Shown here piece after piece: positions 36,863 through 46,592 of a stretch of DNA of 64,000 nt (within the stretch, counting starts at the first letter, position 1; each line of letters begins with the position of its first letter). This DNA is from an uncultured bacterium (GTDB taxonomy: Bacteria > Hydrogenedentota > Hydrogenedentia > Hydrogenedentales > CAILVY01). The position numbers and the translations under genes are program-made. The stretch covers positions 139,100-203,099 of the forward strand of contig CALEDJ010000045.1 of assembly GCA_937951485.1 (NCBI GenBank), read 5' to 3'. The notes under the pieces were generated by a model. That model made no database searches. It was not told where the DNA came from and saw only the letters and a list, made by a program, of their open reading frames with translations.

Positions 36863-39800
36863 ATGGAAGCACTGATTCGTTTCATGCTTACACATAAACT
36901 GCTGGTCGTCCTGTTGACGGGCATTGTCGCGGTGGGCGGTATGCTGGCGTGGCGCCATCTTCCGATAGACGCATTCCCCGATGTCACTAATGTGCAAGTG
37001 ATGATCTTGACGGAGGCGGCGGGCCTCACTCCGGAAGATGTTGAGCAACAGATTACTTTCCCCATCGAAGTGGCCCTTCAGGGGCTGCCACGGGTGCGCG
37101 GTGTGCGTTCGGTATCGAAATCCGCGCTGTCCCAAGTGGTCGTCGTGTTTGAAGACGGGGTTGATATTTATTTTGCGCGGCAACTGGTGCTTGAACGCCT
37201 TCAGTCCGCCCGCGAGGAATTACCGGCGGGCGTTGCGCCGAAACTGGCGCCGATCAGCACGGGCCTCGGCGAGATATTTCAGTACACGATCGAAAGCGAT
37301 CGCCATGATGCGATGGAACTGCGCACCATTCAGGATTGGGTGGTCGCTCCATACCTGAGGACCATTCCGGGGGTGAACGAGGTCAACAGTTTCGGCGGTT
37401 TTGTAAAACAATATCAAGTTTTGGTGGAGCCGGACCGTTTGTTGCAGCATGGACTCTCGCTAGGAGAAATCACAGAGGTGCTGGCGCGGAACAACGCGAA
37501 TGCCGGCGGCGGTTTTCTGACACAGGGCTGGGAACAGGCCTATGTTCGGGGAGTGGGCCTGATCGGAACAGTGGAAGACATTGGAAACATTGTGCTGCGC
37601 GCGGAGGACGGCATCCCGCTCTACGTGAAAGACGTGGCCGAAGTGGTCATTGGTGCGCAAACGCGACAAGGCGCCGTAACCCGAGACGGAAAGGGCGAAA
37701 CCGTCGCAGGCATGGTCATCATGTTGCGCGGAGAAAATTCCAAGCAGGTGGTGGACCGTGTCAAAGCGGCATTACCCGTGATTCAGGCGTCGCTACCCGA
37801 AGGGGTCCGTCTCTCCCCCTTTTACGATCGCACCGACTTGCTTCAGTCGTGCGTGGCGACCGTACGCAATGCTCTGCTCGTCGGCGGACTTTTTGTCGTG
37901 CTGGTTCTGTTCCTGTTTCTGGGCAACCTGCGCATGGCGGCGGTGGTAGCGCTGTCGGTCCCGCTGACAGCCCTGATGAGCTTCCTGATGATGTATTTCA
38001 GTGCAGTCACTGCAAACCTGATGAGTCTGGGCGGACTCGCCATCGCTATTGGCGTCATCGTTGATGCCTCGATCGTCGTTTCGGAAAACATTGCGCGGCG
38101 CCTGGCCGAAAGCGGAAGCCCAGGGCGCGATCGCGTGGAGATTGTTTCTGACGCGGTTTTGGAAGTGGCGCGGCCGGTGCTGTTTGCCATTGCGATCATC
38201 GTTATCACCATGGTGCCTCTTTTCACGCTCGAAGCGATGGAAGGAAAGATGTTCAGGCCGCTGGCCCTGACGATGATTTTCGCCCTGATAGGATCGCCTG
38301 CAGTGGCGCTGAGCGTTGTGCCGGTGCTTAGCCTGGTTTTTTTCAAGACAAAAGGCGGTGGTGTGCGGCATCCCCTTGTGGCACTATTGCAGATCCCGTA
38401 TTGCTCCGTATTGGGGTTGGCTTTGCGCTGGAAACGATGGACTCTGGCGGCGGCGACGGCACTTGTGTGCGGCATGTCCGTGTTGGCTTTGGGGCTGGGC
38501 ACAGAGTTTCTGCCGGTACTCGACGAGGGCGCATTGGCGGTCAATGTGGTACGCCTGCCGTCGGCGTCGCTGGAAGGGTCGGTGAAAACAGGGGAATACA
38601 TAGAGCGGCTTCTGGCCTCATTTCCCGAAATACGCACGGTCGTAACCAAAACGGGCCGGGCGGAAATTTCGGAAGACCCGATGGGACCCGAGCAAAACGA
38701 CATCATCATCATGCTGCATCCGCGGAAAATGTGGCCGCCGGGCCAGACCCGCGAAACGCTGATTGCCCGGCTCCAGGAAGCCCTTGAAAAGATTCCGGGG
38801 GTGCGATTTTCCTTTTCCCAACCGATCGCGCTGCGCGTCAATGAACTGATTTCCGGGATCAAGAGCGATCTGGCAGTCAAAATATTCGGACCCGATTTGG
38901 ACCTGTTGCGCGAAAAAGGAGCGCGGTTCGCCGCCATACTGAATACCCTGGAAGGGGCCGAGGATGTAAAGGTCGAACAAAGCGCCGGTTTCATGCAAAT
39001 AGACATCCACGCCAACCGGTCGGCCATGGCGAGGCACCAGATCAACGTCGAAGATATCAATGTCCTTATCGAAACAGCGGTCGGCGGCAAAGTGGTTTCG
39101 CGAATCATTGAAGGCCAGAGGCGCTTTGATTTGCTGATACGTTATGCGGAACATGCGCGTAACGACATGGAAGCCCTTGCGAATCTTCTGGTTTCCACAC
39201 CGTCGGGTGCGCGCGTCCCCTTGTCGGCGCTGGCGCATATCCAAATGGTCGAAGCGCCAGCCCAGATCAGCCGCGAGAATGGACTGCGCCGCATTGTCGT
39301 CGAATGTAATATCAGAGGACGTGACATGGGGGGATTTGTAGCCGAGGCGAGCGAACGACTCGCTGGAATAATTGCCGCCCTGCCGCCGGGCTGTTTTGTC
39401 GAATACGGCGGACAGTTTGAGAACCAGCAGCGGGCCATGGCCCGCCTTGCGATAATTGTGCCCCTGGCGATTCTTCTGATTCTGGTGATGCTGTTTTCGG
39501 CCCTCGGCTCGATGCGCCATGCCCTGCTTGTATTGGTGAACCTTCCGTTCGCGCTGATCGGCGGTGCAGCGGTGTTGCACTGGACCGGCATCAACCTCAG
39601 TGTCTCCACGGTCATCGGTCTTATAGCGGTATTCGGCCTGGCTGTGGAGAACGGCGTAATCCTCATAACTTTTGTCAATCAACTCCGTACGCAAGGAATC
39701 GGCGTGGAAACGGCGGTTCGAAAAGCCTGCGAACTGCGCTTCCGGCCCCTTCTCATGACCACCCTCACCACGCTCCTCGGCGTTCTCCCCATGGTGCTGA

Positions 39801-39952
39801 CCCGGGGCGCCGGCGCTGAAATCCAGCGTCCGCTCGCTCTGGTTGTGCTGGGCGGCCTGGCGTCTGCCTTGGTGCTCACCCTTGTGGTGTTGCCGGCGCT
39901 TTATATCCTTGTCGAGTCTTACTTTGAAAAACCACAACCCGACAATAGTTGA
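36863..39952 (+). CDS. Heavy-metal efflux RND permease (CusA/CzcA family)
   Basis: LPIDAFPDVTNVQV, ISTGLGEIFQY, MFRPLA, RFRPLLMT, AEIQRPLA. Confidence 0.95.
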   Translation: MEALIRFMLTHKLLVVLLTGIVAVGGMLAWRHLPIDAFPDVTNVQVMILTEAAGLTPEDVEQQITFPIEVALQGLPRVRGVRSVSKSALSQVVVVFEDGVDIYFARQLVLERLQSAREELPAGVAPKLAPISTGLGEIFQYTIESDRHDAMELRTIQDWVVAPYLRTIPGVNEVNSFGGFVKQYQVLVEPDRLLQHGLSLGEITEVLARNNANAGGGFLTQGWEQAYVRGVGLIGTVEDIGNIVLRAEDGIPLYVKDVAEVVIGAQTRQGAVTRDGKGETVAGMVIMLRGENSKQVVDRVKAALPVIQASLPEGVRLSPFYDRTDLLQSCVATVRNALLVGGLFVVLVLFLFLGNLRMAAVVALSVPLTALMSFLMMYFSAVTANLMSLGGLAIAIGVIVDASIVVSENIARRLAESGSPGRDRVEIVSDAVLEVARPVLFAIAIIVITMVPLFTLEAMEGKMFRPLALTMIFALIGSPAVALSVVPVLSLVFFKTKGGGVRHPLVALLQIPYCSVLGLALRWKRWTLAAATALVCGMSVLALGLGTEFLPVLDEGALAVNVVRLPSASLEGSVKTGEYIERLLASFPEIRTVVTKTGRAEISEDPMGPEQNDIIIMLHPRKMWPPGQTRETLIARLQEALEKIPGVRFSFSQPIALRVNELISGIKSDLAVKIFGPDLDLLREKGARFAAILNTLEGAEDVKVEQSAGFMQIDIHANRSAMARHQINVEDINVLIETAVGGKVVSRIIEGQRRFDLLIRYAEHARNDMEALANLLVSTPSGARVPLSALAHIQMVEAPAQISRENGLRRIVVECNIRGRDMGGFVAEASERLAGIIAALPPGCFVEYGGQFENQQRAMARLAIIVPLAILLILVMLFSALGSMRHALLVLVNLPFALIGGAAVLHWTGINLSVSTVIGLIAVFGLAVENGVILITFVNQLRTQGIGVETAVRKACELRFRPLLMTTLTTLLGVLPMVLTRGAGAEIQRPLALVVLGGLASALVLTLVVLPALYILVESYFEKPQPDNS

Positions 39953-40042
39953 GAATGATTATCTACGGCCCCCTTGTTTGAGCATCAACGTCCATGAAAA
40001 CGTGTGCACCGTCGTGTCTTTCCCCATGCCATGTGCGCCCCA

Positions 40043-40075
40043 TCTTTCCGCGTCTCTTTCCGCGTCTCTTTCCGC
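40043..40075. repeat. 12-bp tandem repeat TCTTTCCGCGTC, about 2.7 copies
   Basis: Read directly from the sequence. Confidence 0.7.
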
Positions 40076-40504
40076 CCGTGCGTATGATCACTGTGCACGG
40101 GAGAAACCAACATACACTCAGGGAAAACAGCAAGAAAGCGGCCCCCAAACGGGTCTGTTCCAAACGAGTCCGTCGCAGACGGACAAGCCGGGGCTGCCCC
40201 GTGTTTTTGCAAAACCAGCATAAAACCCTTGCAATACAATCTGATCGGTCGTGAACAGTTACCACGCATGAGCGTGGAGCATGTATCGGACGGTCCGGCA
40301 GCCTTCAAACGCGAACAGGCACTGTTGTTGCACCCGGCCGGACCGGGCGATATAATCCCCGGGTACGAATCACCGCGCAGGAGACCGGCGCGGCAGGGGG
40401 ATTCCGGCCGGAATCCGCTCCCAATTCCCGGTAGTATTGTTCATCCACCCAGGGATCGGACGCATCACAGGCGGGCGGTCCATTGCATCCAAGGAGATTG
40501 TTTA

Positions 40505-41515
40505 ATGATTCGCGTAGGCATGGTCGGCGCCATCGGTTACGGCGGGCGGGAGTTCATGCGGCTCCTGGCCGCGCATCCGTCGGCGAAATTGACGGCGGCG
40601 GTGGAGGTGGAAAGCGGTAAGCGACTGGACGAGGTGCTGCCGGCGTTCCGCAAGGTGCTGGATTTGACGCTGGATCCGTTTGACCCGGAAGTCCTGGCGA
40701 AGAAGTGCGACGTGGTCTTCATCGCGGTGCCGGGCACGAAGTCCATGGCGTTGGGTGCGCAACTGCACGCGGCGGGCGTGCGCGTGATGGACCTGGGTTC
40801 CGATTTCCGTATCAAGGACCCTATCGCTTACAAGCAGTATTACAAGACGGACTACTCGCATCCGGAACTGGCGGCCAGGGCCGTATATGGTCATGTGCCG
40901 TTCTATCGGGAACAAATCCGGGATGCGGCTATTGTGGCGGTGCCCGGGTGTTTTCCCATTTCCATAATCACGCCGTTGCGCCCGCTGGTGGAAGCGGCCG
41001 CCCCGGAAACCCCGGTGGTGGTCAATTCGATCACCGGCGTGTCGGGCGCGGGCCGCGCCCTGAACGAGGTCTTTCATTTCCCGGCGATGAATGAGAACCT
41101 GCGCGCCTACCGGCTGGCGACGCACCAGCACATTCCGGAGATCGAACAGGAGCTTGGCGGCAGGGTCATGGTGCAGTTCACGCCGCATGTGGCTCCGCTC
41201 ACGCGCGGCATTCTCAGCACCATCGTGCTGCGTCCCTCCAAGCCCATTGATGTGGCCGCGATCTACCGCCGCTACGACGACGAACCGTTCGTGCGCGTGC
41301 TGCCCGAAGGGCAGATTCCCGACATCAACCATGTGCGCGGATCGAATTTCTGCGACATCGGCTGGGTCCGCGACGAGCGCACCGGCAATCTTCTCATCGT
41401 CAGCGTCATTGACAATCTCGTCGGCGGGACCGCCGGGATGGGCGTCCAGTGCATGAACGTGGCCTTTGACCTGGATGAGCGGGCCGGCCTCAACTTTCCG
41501 GGGATGGCGCCATGA
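40505..41515 (+). CDS. argC: N-acetyl-gamma-glutamyl-phosphate reductase
   Basis: VGAIGYGG, PGCF, GVSGAGR, HQHIPEI, DNLVGGTAG; AGGAG RBS before ATG 40505. Confidence 0.95.
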   Translation: MIRVGMVGAIGYGGREFMRLLAAHPSAKLTAAVEVESGKRLDEVLPAFRKVLDLTLDPFDPEVLAKKCDVVFIAVPGTKSMALGAQLHAAGVRVMDLGSDFRIKDPIAYKQYYKTDYSHPELAARAVYGHVPFYREQIRDAAIVAVPGCFPISIITPLRPLVEAAAPETPVVVNSITGVSGAGRALNEVFHFPAMNENLRAYRLATHQHIPEIEQELGGRVMVQFTPHVAPLTRGILSTIVLRPSKPIDVAAIYRRYDDEPFVRVLPEGQIPDINHVRGSNFCDIGWVRDERTGNLLIVSVIDNLVGGTAGMGVQCMNVAFDLDERAGLNFPGMAP

Positions 41516-42720
41516 ACGCGATAGACGGCGGCGTCGCCGCGCCGCAGGGTTTCCGGGCGGCGGGTGTTGCGGCGAGGATCAAGAACCTGAAGTCCACCAA
41601 AAAGGACTGCGCTCTGCTGGTCAGCGATACGCCGGCTGCGATCGCCGGGGTATTTACCACAAATCTTGTGAAAGCCGCGCCGGTGCTGTGGACCCGCGAC
41701 GTGTGCGCGCGGGGGCGCGCCCGCGCCGTCTTCGCCAACAGCGGCAACGCAAATGCCTGCACCGGCGATCGGGGTCTGGCGGACGCGCGTGCGACCGCCG
41801 CGCATGCGGCGGCGGCGCTTGGTGTCGCTGCCGACGAAATAGCGGTGCTCAGCACGGGCGTCATCGGCGTGCCGATGCCTATGGACCGCATCCTGCAGGG
41901 GGTGGACGCCTGCCTTGCGGCGCTGTCGCCGGACGGCGGCGCGGATGCCGCACAGGCCATCATGACCACCGACACGGTACCGAAATCCATGGCCGTCGAG
42001 GTGAACATCGGCGGGTGCCCTGTCCGCATCGGCGCGATGGCCAAGGGCGCAGGCATGATCTCGCCGAAGATGGCCACCATGCTCTGCGTCATCAGCACCG
42101 ACGCGCCCATCACGGCCCAATCCCTGCAGTTGGCGCTGACGGATGCCGTCGATCAGTCCTTCAACCGCATCTGCGTGGACAATGACATGAGCACCAACGA
42201 CACGGTGATTTGCCTCGCCAACGGTCTCGCCGGCGATGATCCCATCGTGCCCGGCTCACCGGAATTCACGGTTTTTTCGGAAGCGCTTCAAGAGATATGT
42301 ACGGCACTGGCCCAGGCGCTGGTGCGTGATGGCGAAGGCGCAACCAAATTCGTCACCATCGCCGTCGAAGGCGCGGCGTCCGACACGGATGCGGAACGCA
42401 TCGCACGGGCCGTCGCGACCTCGCAACTCTGCAAGACGGCCTTTTTCGGTCAGGACCCCAATTGGGGCCGCATCGCCTGCGCCGCCGGATACAGCGGCGC
42501 GGCGTTTGACCCTGCACGCCTCAGCGTGTGGATTGGAGCGGTACAGGTGCTCGACAGCGGCCTGCCCGCGCCATATGAAGAGGCGGATGCGGCCGCTGCC
42601 ATGCGCGGGCGTGACATCGTCATCCGTATCCGGGTGGGTGATGGTCCGGGCCGGTGCCGTTTCTGGACCTCCGACCTCAGTCACGATTATGTTAGGATCA
42701 ACGCCGACTACCGAACCTGA
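41512..42720 (+). CDS. argJ: Glutamate N-acetyltransferase / ornithine acetyltransferase
   Basis: NSGNANA, IMTTDT, KGAGMI..MATML, STND, DGEGATK, DPNWGRI, YVRINADYRT. Confidence 0.97.
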   Translation: MNAIDGGVAAPQGFRAAGVAARIKNLKSTKKDCALLVSDTPAAIAGVFTTNLVKAAPVLWTRDVCARGRARAVFANSGNANACTGDRGLADARATAAHAAAALGVAADEIAVLSTGVIGVPMPMDRILQGVDACLAALSPDGGADAAQAIMTTDTVPKSMAVEVNIGGCPVRIGAMAKGAGMISPKMATMLCVISTDAPITAQSLQLALTDAVDQSFNRICVDNDMSTNDTVICLANGLAGDDPIVPGSPEFTVFSEALQEICTALAQALVRDGEGATKFVTIAVEGAASDTDAERIARAVATSQLCKTAFFGQDPNWGRIACAAGYSGAAFDPARLSVWIGAVQVLDSGLPAPYEEADAAAAMRGRDIVIRIRVGDGPGRCRFWTSDLSHDYVRINADYRT

Positions 42721-42735
42721 GGAGGCGCGGGGACC

Positions 42736-43617
42736 ATGGAAGAAAGCATCCAGAAAGCGGCGGTGTTGACCGAGGCGCTCCCCTACATCCGCGAATTCGA
42801 GGGAAAAACCGTCGTGATCAAATACGGCGGTGCGGCGATGCTTGACCCGGCGTTGCGCAGCAGCACCGCCGAGGACATCGTGCTGATGAAATACGTCGGC
42901 ATGAACCCCGTCGTGGTGCATGGCGGCGGCCCCGCCATCAACCGCACCCTCAACCGGCTCGGCGTCAAGAGCGTCTTCAACGCGCAGGGATTGCGCATCA
43001 CCGACGACGCCACCATCGAAGTGGTGGAGATGGTGCTTGCGGGGTCGGTGAACAAAGACATCGTCCGGCTTATCAACCTGGCCGGCGGCGACGCCGTGGG
43101 TCTGTGCGGCAAGGACGGGAACCTTCTGCACGCCCGCCGGATAGAAACGGAAGACGGCAGCGACATTGGGCATGTCGGGCGCGTCGTCCATGTGCGGACG
43201 AAGGTGATTGAGGTCTTGTGTCACGCGGGCATGATCCCTGTGATTGCCCCCCTCGCCACCGACCCGCAGGGCGGCACGTGGAACATCAACGCCGATACCG
43301 CCGCCGGCGAAATCGCCGCGGCGCTCCAGGCGGAAAAACTGGTCTTTCTCACCGACACGCCCGGTCTGCTGCAGGACAAGGACAATCCCGAATCGCTGAT
43401 TCATCAACTGAAATCGGAGGATGTGGAACGATTGAAGCGGGAAGGCGTAATCGCCGGAGGCATGGTCCCGAAAATCGAGGCATGCCTCAAGGCCCTGGAC
43501 TACGGGGTCCGCAAGACCCACATCATTGACGGCCGCGTCTCCCACAGCCTCCTGTTGGAAATATTCACAAAAAAAGGACTGGGCACGCTGGTCAGCCACG
43601 GCCGCGCCGCGGGTTGA
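42736..43617 (+). CDS. argB: Acetylglutamate kinase
   Basis: VIKYGGAAM, VVHGGGP, NINAD, GGMVPK. Confidence 0.97.
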   Translation: MEESIQKAAVLTEALPYIREFEGKTVVIKYGGAAMLDPALRSSTAEDIVLMKYVGMNPVVVHGGGPAINRTLNRLGVKSVFNAQGLRITDDATIEVVEMVLAGSVNKDIVRLINLAGGDAVGLCGKDGNLLHARRIETEDGSDIGHVGRVVHVRTKVIEVLCHAGMIPVIAPLATDPQGGTWNINADTAAGEIAAALQAEKLVFLTDTPGLLQDKDNPESLIHQLKSEDVERLKREGVIAGGMVPKIEACLKALDYGVRKTHIIDGRVSHSLLLEIFTKKGLGTLVSHGRAAG

Positions 43618-43708
43618 CTTGCCCGCAATGGAGAGGGCATTGTTTCAATAAACAGTGTGCGCACACCGGTGCGCACACAAGCGCAGAAGCAGGAGTGAAC
43701 CCGACATC

Positions 43709-44350
43709 GTGTTTGATATTTTCAATCCTTTCGAATTGATGATGCGCGGCGGCATTTTCATGTGGCCTATCCTCCTGTGCTCCATCATCGGCCTCGCCAT
43801 CACCATCGAACGTTTCATCTCGCTGCACCGGGCGGATATTGACACCCGCGAATTCATGGACACCATGCGCCAGGTGCTCCGCCAGAACCGCATCCAGGAG
43901 GCCATCCGCCTCTGCGACGCCACCAACGCCCCCGTCGCCCGCATCATGAAAGCGGGTATCATGCGCCACCGGGCATCCAAAGAGGACATCCGGGAAGCGA
44001 TGGAGGACGCCAGCCATCTGGAAATCCCCCGCTTGGAACGCTATCTTTCCGGACTGGCCACCTGCTCGAACATTTCGCCCCTGCTCGGTCTGCTGGGCAC
44101 CGTGCAGGGCATGATCATCTGTTTCGCCCAAATCCAGACCAAGGGCGGCCAGGTCAACCCCTCGGATTTGGCCGGGGGCATCAGCACCGCCCTCCTTACC
44201 ACCGCCTTCGGGCTGAGCGTGGCCATCCCCCTGCTGGTGCTCTACAACTATTTCACCTCGCAAATCAGCACCCTGATTGCGGAAATGGAGATCAGCGCCG
44301 CGGAATTGCTCGAACTGCTCACCAGACACCGCGGCGACCGCGAGATTTAG
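43709..44350 (+). CDS. MotA/TolQ/ExbB proton channel protein
   Basis: GGIFMWPI, PLLGLLGTVQGMI, AGGISTALLTTAFGL; probable GTG start at 43709. Confidence 0.92.
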   Translation: MFDIFNPFELMMRGGIFMWPILLCSIIGLAITIERFISLHRADIDTREFMDTMRQVLRQNRIQEAIRLCDATNAPVARIMKAGIMRHRASKEDIREAMEDASHLEIPRLERYLSGLATCSNISPLLGLLGTVQGMIICFAQIQTKGGQVNPSDLAGGISTALLTTAFGLSVAIPLLVLYNYFTSQISTLIAEMEISAAELLELLTRHRGDREI

Positions 44351-44354
44351 GGCG

Positions 44355-44810
44355 ATGAAATTTCCCCGAAATGAAAAACACAAGGTCAAGGCCACCCTCG
44401 ACCTGACCCCCCTGATTGACGTCGTCTTCCAACTCATCCTCTTCTTTCTGCTCACCTCGACCTTCGTCGTCCAATCGTCCATCCCCGTCGAACTGCCTGA
44501 AGTCCAGGCGGAACTGCCCGCCCAGGAAAAACACCTCACTATCACCCTGGGACTCGGCGACGGCGGCCCCGAAAACCAGGGGCCGGTCAGCATCTCCGAC
44601 GGCGAAACCGAAATCCTCATCGCCGAATGGGCTGAATTGCACGCCAAACTGCTCGAAATCCATGAACAGGACCCGGAAGCCACTGTCCTCATCTCCGCCG
44701 ACCGGGGCGTCACCACCGGCCGGCTGATCACCGTCATGGACTATGCCAACCGCGCCGGAATCACCAAATACGGCATCGCCGCCCAGCAGGTCGAAGAAGG
44801 CGGGTCATAG
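44355..44810 (+). CDS. ExbD/TolR family protein
   Basis: DLTPLIDVVFQLILFFLL; ISAD..G.LI.VMD. Confidence 0.92.
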   Translation: MKFPRNEKHKVKATLDLTPLIDVVFQLILFFLLTSTFVVQSSIPVELPEVQAELPAQEKHLTITLGLGDGGPENQGPVSISDGETEILIAEWAELHAKLLEIHEQDPEATVLISADRGVTTGRLITVMDYANRAGITKYGIAAQQVEEGGS

Positions 44811-45074
44811 GTTGCGGACAGCAAGGACAGCAAGGATGACAAGGCCCCTCGGGAACAGCGCCGTTGGGTGACGAGAGATGGTTGGCGCGGCCTGTCAAAA
44901 TACGCTTACTGTTTTTCCCAATAAAACCACAAAGTACCATTTTTCGCAGATTCGTTTTGGCGAAGCCGCACACGTTCTGCTATACTTATCCCACAAGCAA
45001 CGGGAACCTTTTCGCCGAAGGCGGAATAACAGGTTGCAGCGGAAGATTGTTTTCGCAGCAATGATGGTCACGGC

Positions 45075-45764
45075 ATGGATGAGCAGCGATTACAAAAAGC
45101 GCCGGCGCACGGGGAAACGCGCTTCCGGGTGATTGATCCGGCGGGGCAGCCGCTCCGTGAGTGGAGCGACGAGGCGCTGATGCTGAAGCACGGCGAGGGC
45201 GACGAGGAAGCCTTTGCGGAGTTGGTGCGGCGGCATCAGCGTGGGGTCCTGAACTACATCTTCCGGATGGTGCACAACCGGCATGTGGCGGAGGAATTGG
45301 CGCAGGAGGTGTTCATGGCGCTGGTGAAGAACGCGGGGCGCTATGAACCCACCGCGAAGTTCACCACCTACCTCTACACCATCGCGTCGAATATTGTGGC
45401 GAAGGAATGGACCCGCCAGAAGCGGCGCCCAAAACTCTTCAGCCTCTCCTCGTGGTTCTCCGGCCGCGACGAAGAGGACATCTTTGACCCGCTCGAGCAC
45501 AGCGGCGACGAACGCGCGAACGTGCTTGCGGCGTTTCAGCGGGGCGAGATCAGCGAGGCGGTGAACGCGGCCCTGAACCATCTGCCGGAACATCAGCGCG
45601 AAGCCTTTGTATTGCGTCGTTTTCAGGACATTCCCTACGAAGAAATGGCCGAGATTCTCGATGTTCCCGTCGGCACGGTGAAATCGCGCGTGGTGCGCGC
45701 GGAGCGGGCGCTCCGCCCCTACTTGGAACGTTTCCGCGAATATGTGCAGGGGGTGGACGCATGA
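45075..45764 (+). CDS. ECF sigma-70 factor
   Basis: AEELAQEVF, FTTYLYTIASN (region 2); LPEHQRE..YEEMAEILDVPVGTVKSRV (region 4). Confidence 0.93.
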   Translation: MDEQRLQKAPAHGETRFRVIDPAGQPLREWSDEALMLKHGEGDEEAFAELVRRHQRGVLNYIFRMVHNRHVAEELAQEVFMALVKNAGRYEPTAKFTTYLYTIASNIVAKEWTRQKRRPKLFSLSSWFSGRDEEDIFDPLEHSGDERANVLAAFQRGEISEAVNAALNHLPEHQREAFVLRRFQDIPYEEMAEILDVPVGTVKSRVVRAERALRPYLERFREYVQGVDA

Positions 45765-46450
45765 GCATGGACCACAAGGTCATCCTGCACCCAACGCGGC
45801 GGCAACTGGTGGCCTATGCCGAGTCGCTGGTGGACCGGCGCGCGCCGATTTCGGCGGCGCTTGGAGCGCACATCATGGCGTGCCCCGCCTGCGCGGCGGA
45901 AGTGAAGGCCATTCGCGCCTCCCTGGAATTCACGGCGTCCGCGCCCGGCATCGAGCCGTCGCAGGATTTGACGAGCCAGATTCTGCGGCGCGCCCAACAG
46001 GAACGGAACGGGCAAGGCCCGTCCCGCCGGCGGGTGTCGGTATTTGGAGCGCTGGCGCGCGCCGTGGTCTTTGCCGGGGCGATGGCCGCCGTGGCAACGC
46101 TGGTTTTCGGGGCGGCGCTGAACGCCGCGCCGTCACCCCAGGGCGTCGCGCCCGCGAATACAGCGCTGCACCCCGCCGTTGTCTCCGCGTCCAGTCAGGA
46201 GGCATTGCAGCGCGCGGCTGAGGAAGTACGCACGCTTGCGGCAGCGGTGCGCAGCGTGTCGGACCGCCCGCAAACCCCGCGCGAACGCGAACACCGCCAC
46301 GCAGCGGCCCTTCTGGATGCCGACATCGCAGCGGCGCGCCAGGCCCTGCAGCGCAACCCCGGCTGCGAACGCGCCGAGGCCATCGTCAACGCCAACCTTC
46401 AGCGCCAGGCCGAAACGTTGCGCGCGCTGTACCTCGAACGCAGCCTTTAG
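45761..46450 (+). CDS. Probable zinc-binding (ZAS) anti-sigma factor
   Basis: HIMACPAC (HxxxCxxC) and one TM helix; ATGA overlap with the sigma gene. Confidence 0.75.
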   Translation: MSMDHKVILHPTRRQLVAYAESLVDRRAPISAALGAHIMACPACAAEVKAIRASLEFTASAPGIEPSQDLTSQILRRAQQERNGQGPSRRRVSVFGALARAVVFAGAMAAVATLVFGAALNAAPSPQGVAPANTALHPAVVSASSQEALQRAAEEVRTLAAAVRSVSDRPQTPREREHRHAAALLDADIAAARQALQRNPGCERAEAIVNANLQRQAETLRALYLERSL

Positions 46451-46592
46451 GCGACACCAACCGTTTTCTCGGTCCCCCGCGCAAACAGGCCGCAAAAAAG
46501 CCAGTGTCCCTCTTTTCCGAAAATGTAGTGGAGACTTTCGGCCTCCGGCCCAATAAAAACGATCATTTACGAAAATAACTGTGGAAGTCGGG

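Noticed and set aside
40229-40504. N-terminal extensions in the ORF track for argC (also the PP2C, fumC, exbD, pilin and NTPase genes)
   Set aside because: Family homology and RBS positions point to downstream start codons.
45003-45028. GGAACC-N15-GAATA as an autoregulatory ECF promoter
   Set aside because: Plausible, but too short and degenerate to support without knowing the ECF group.
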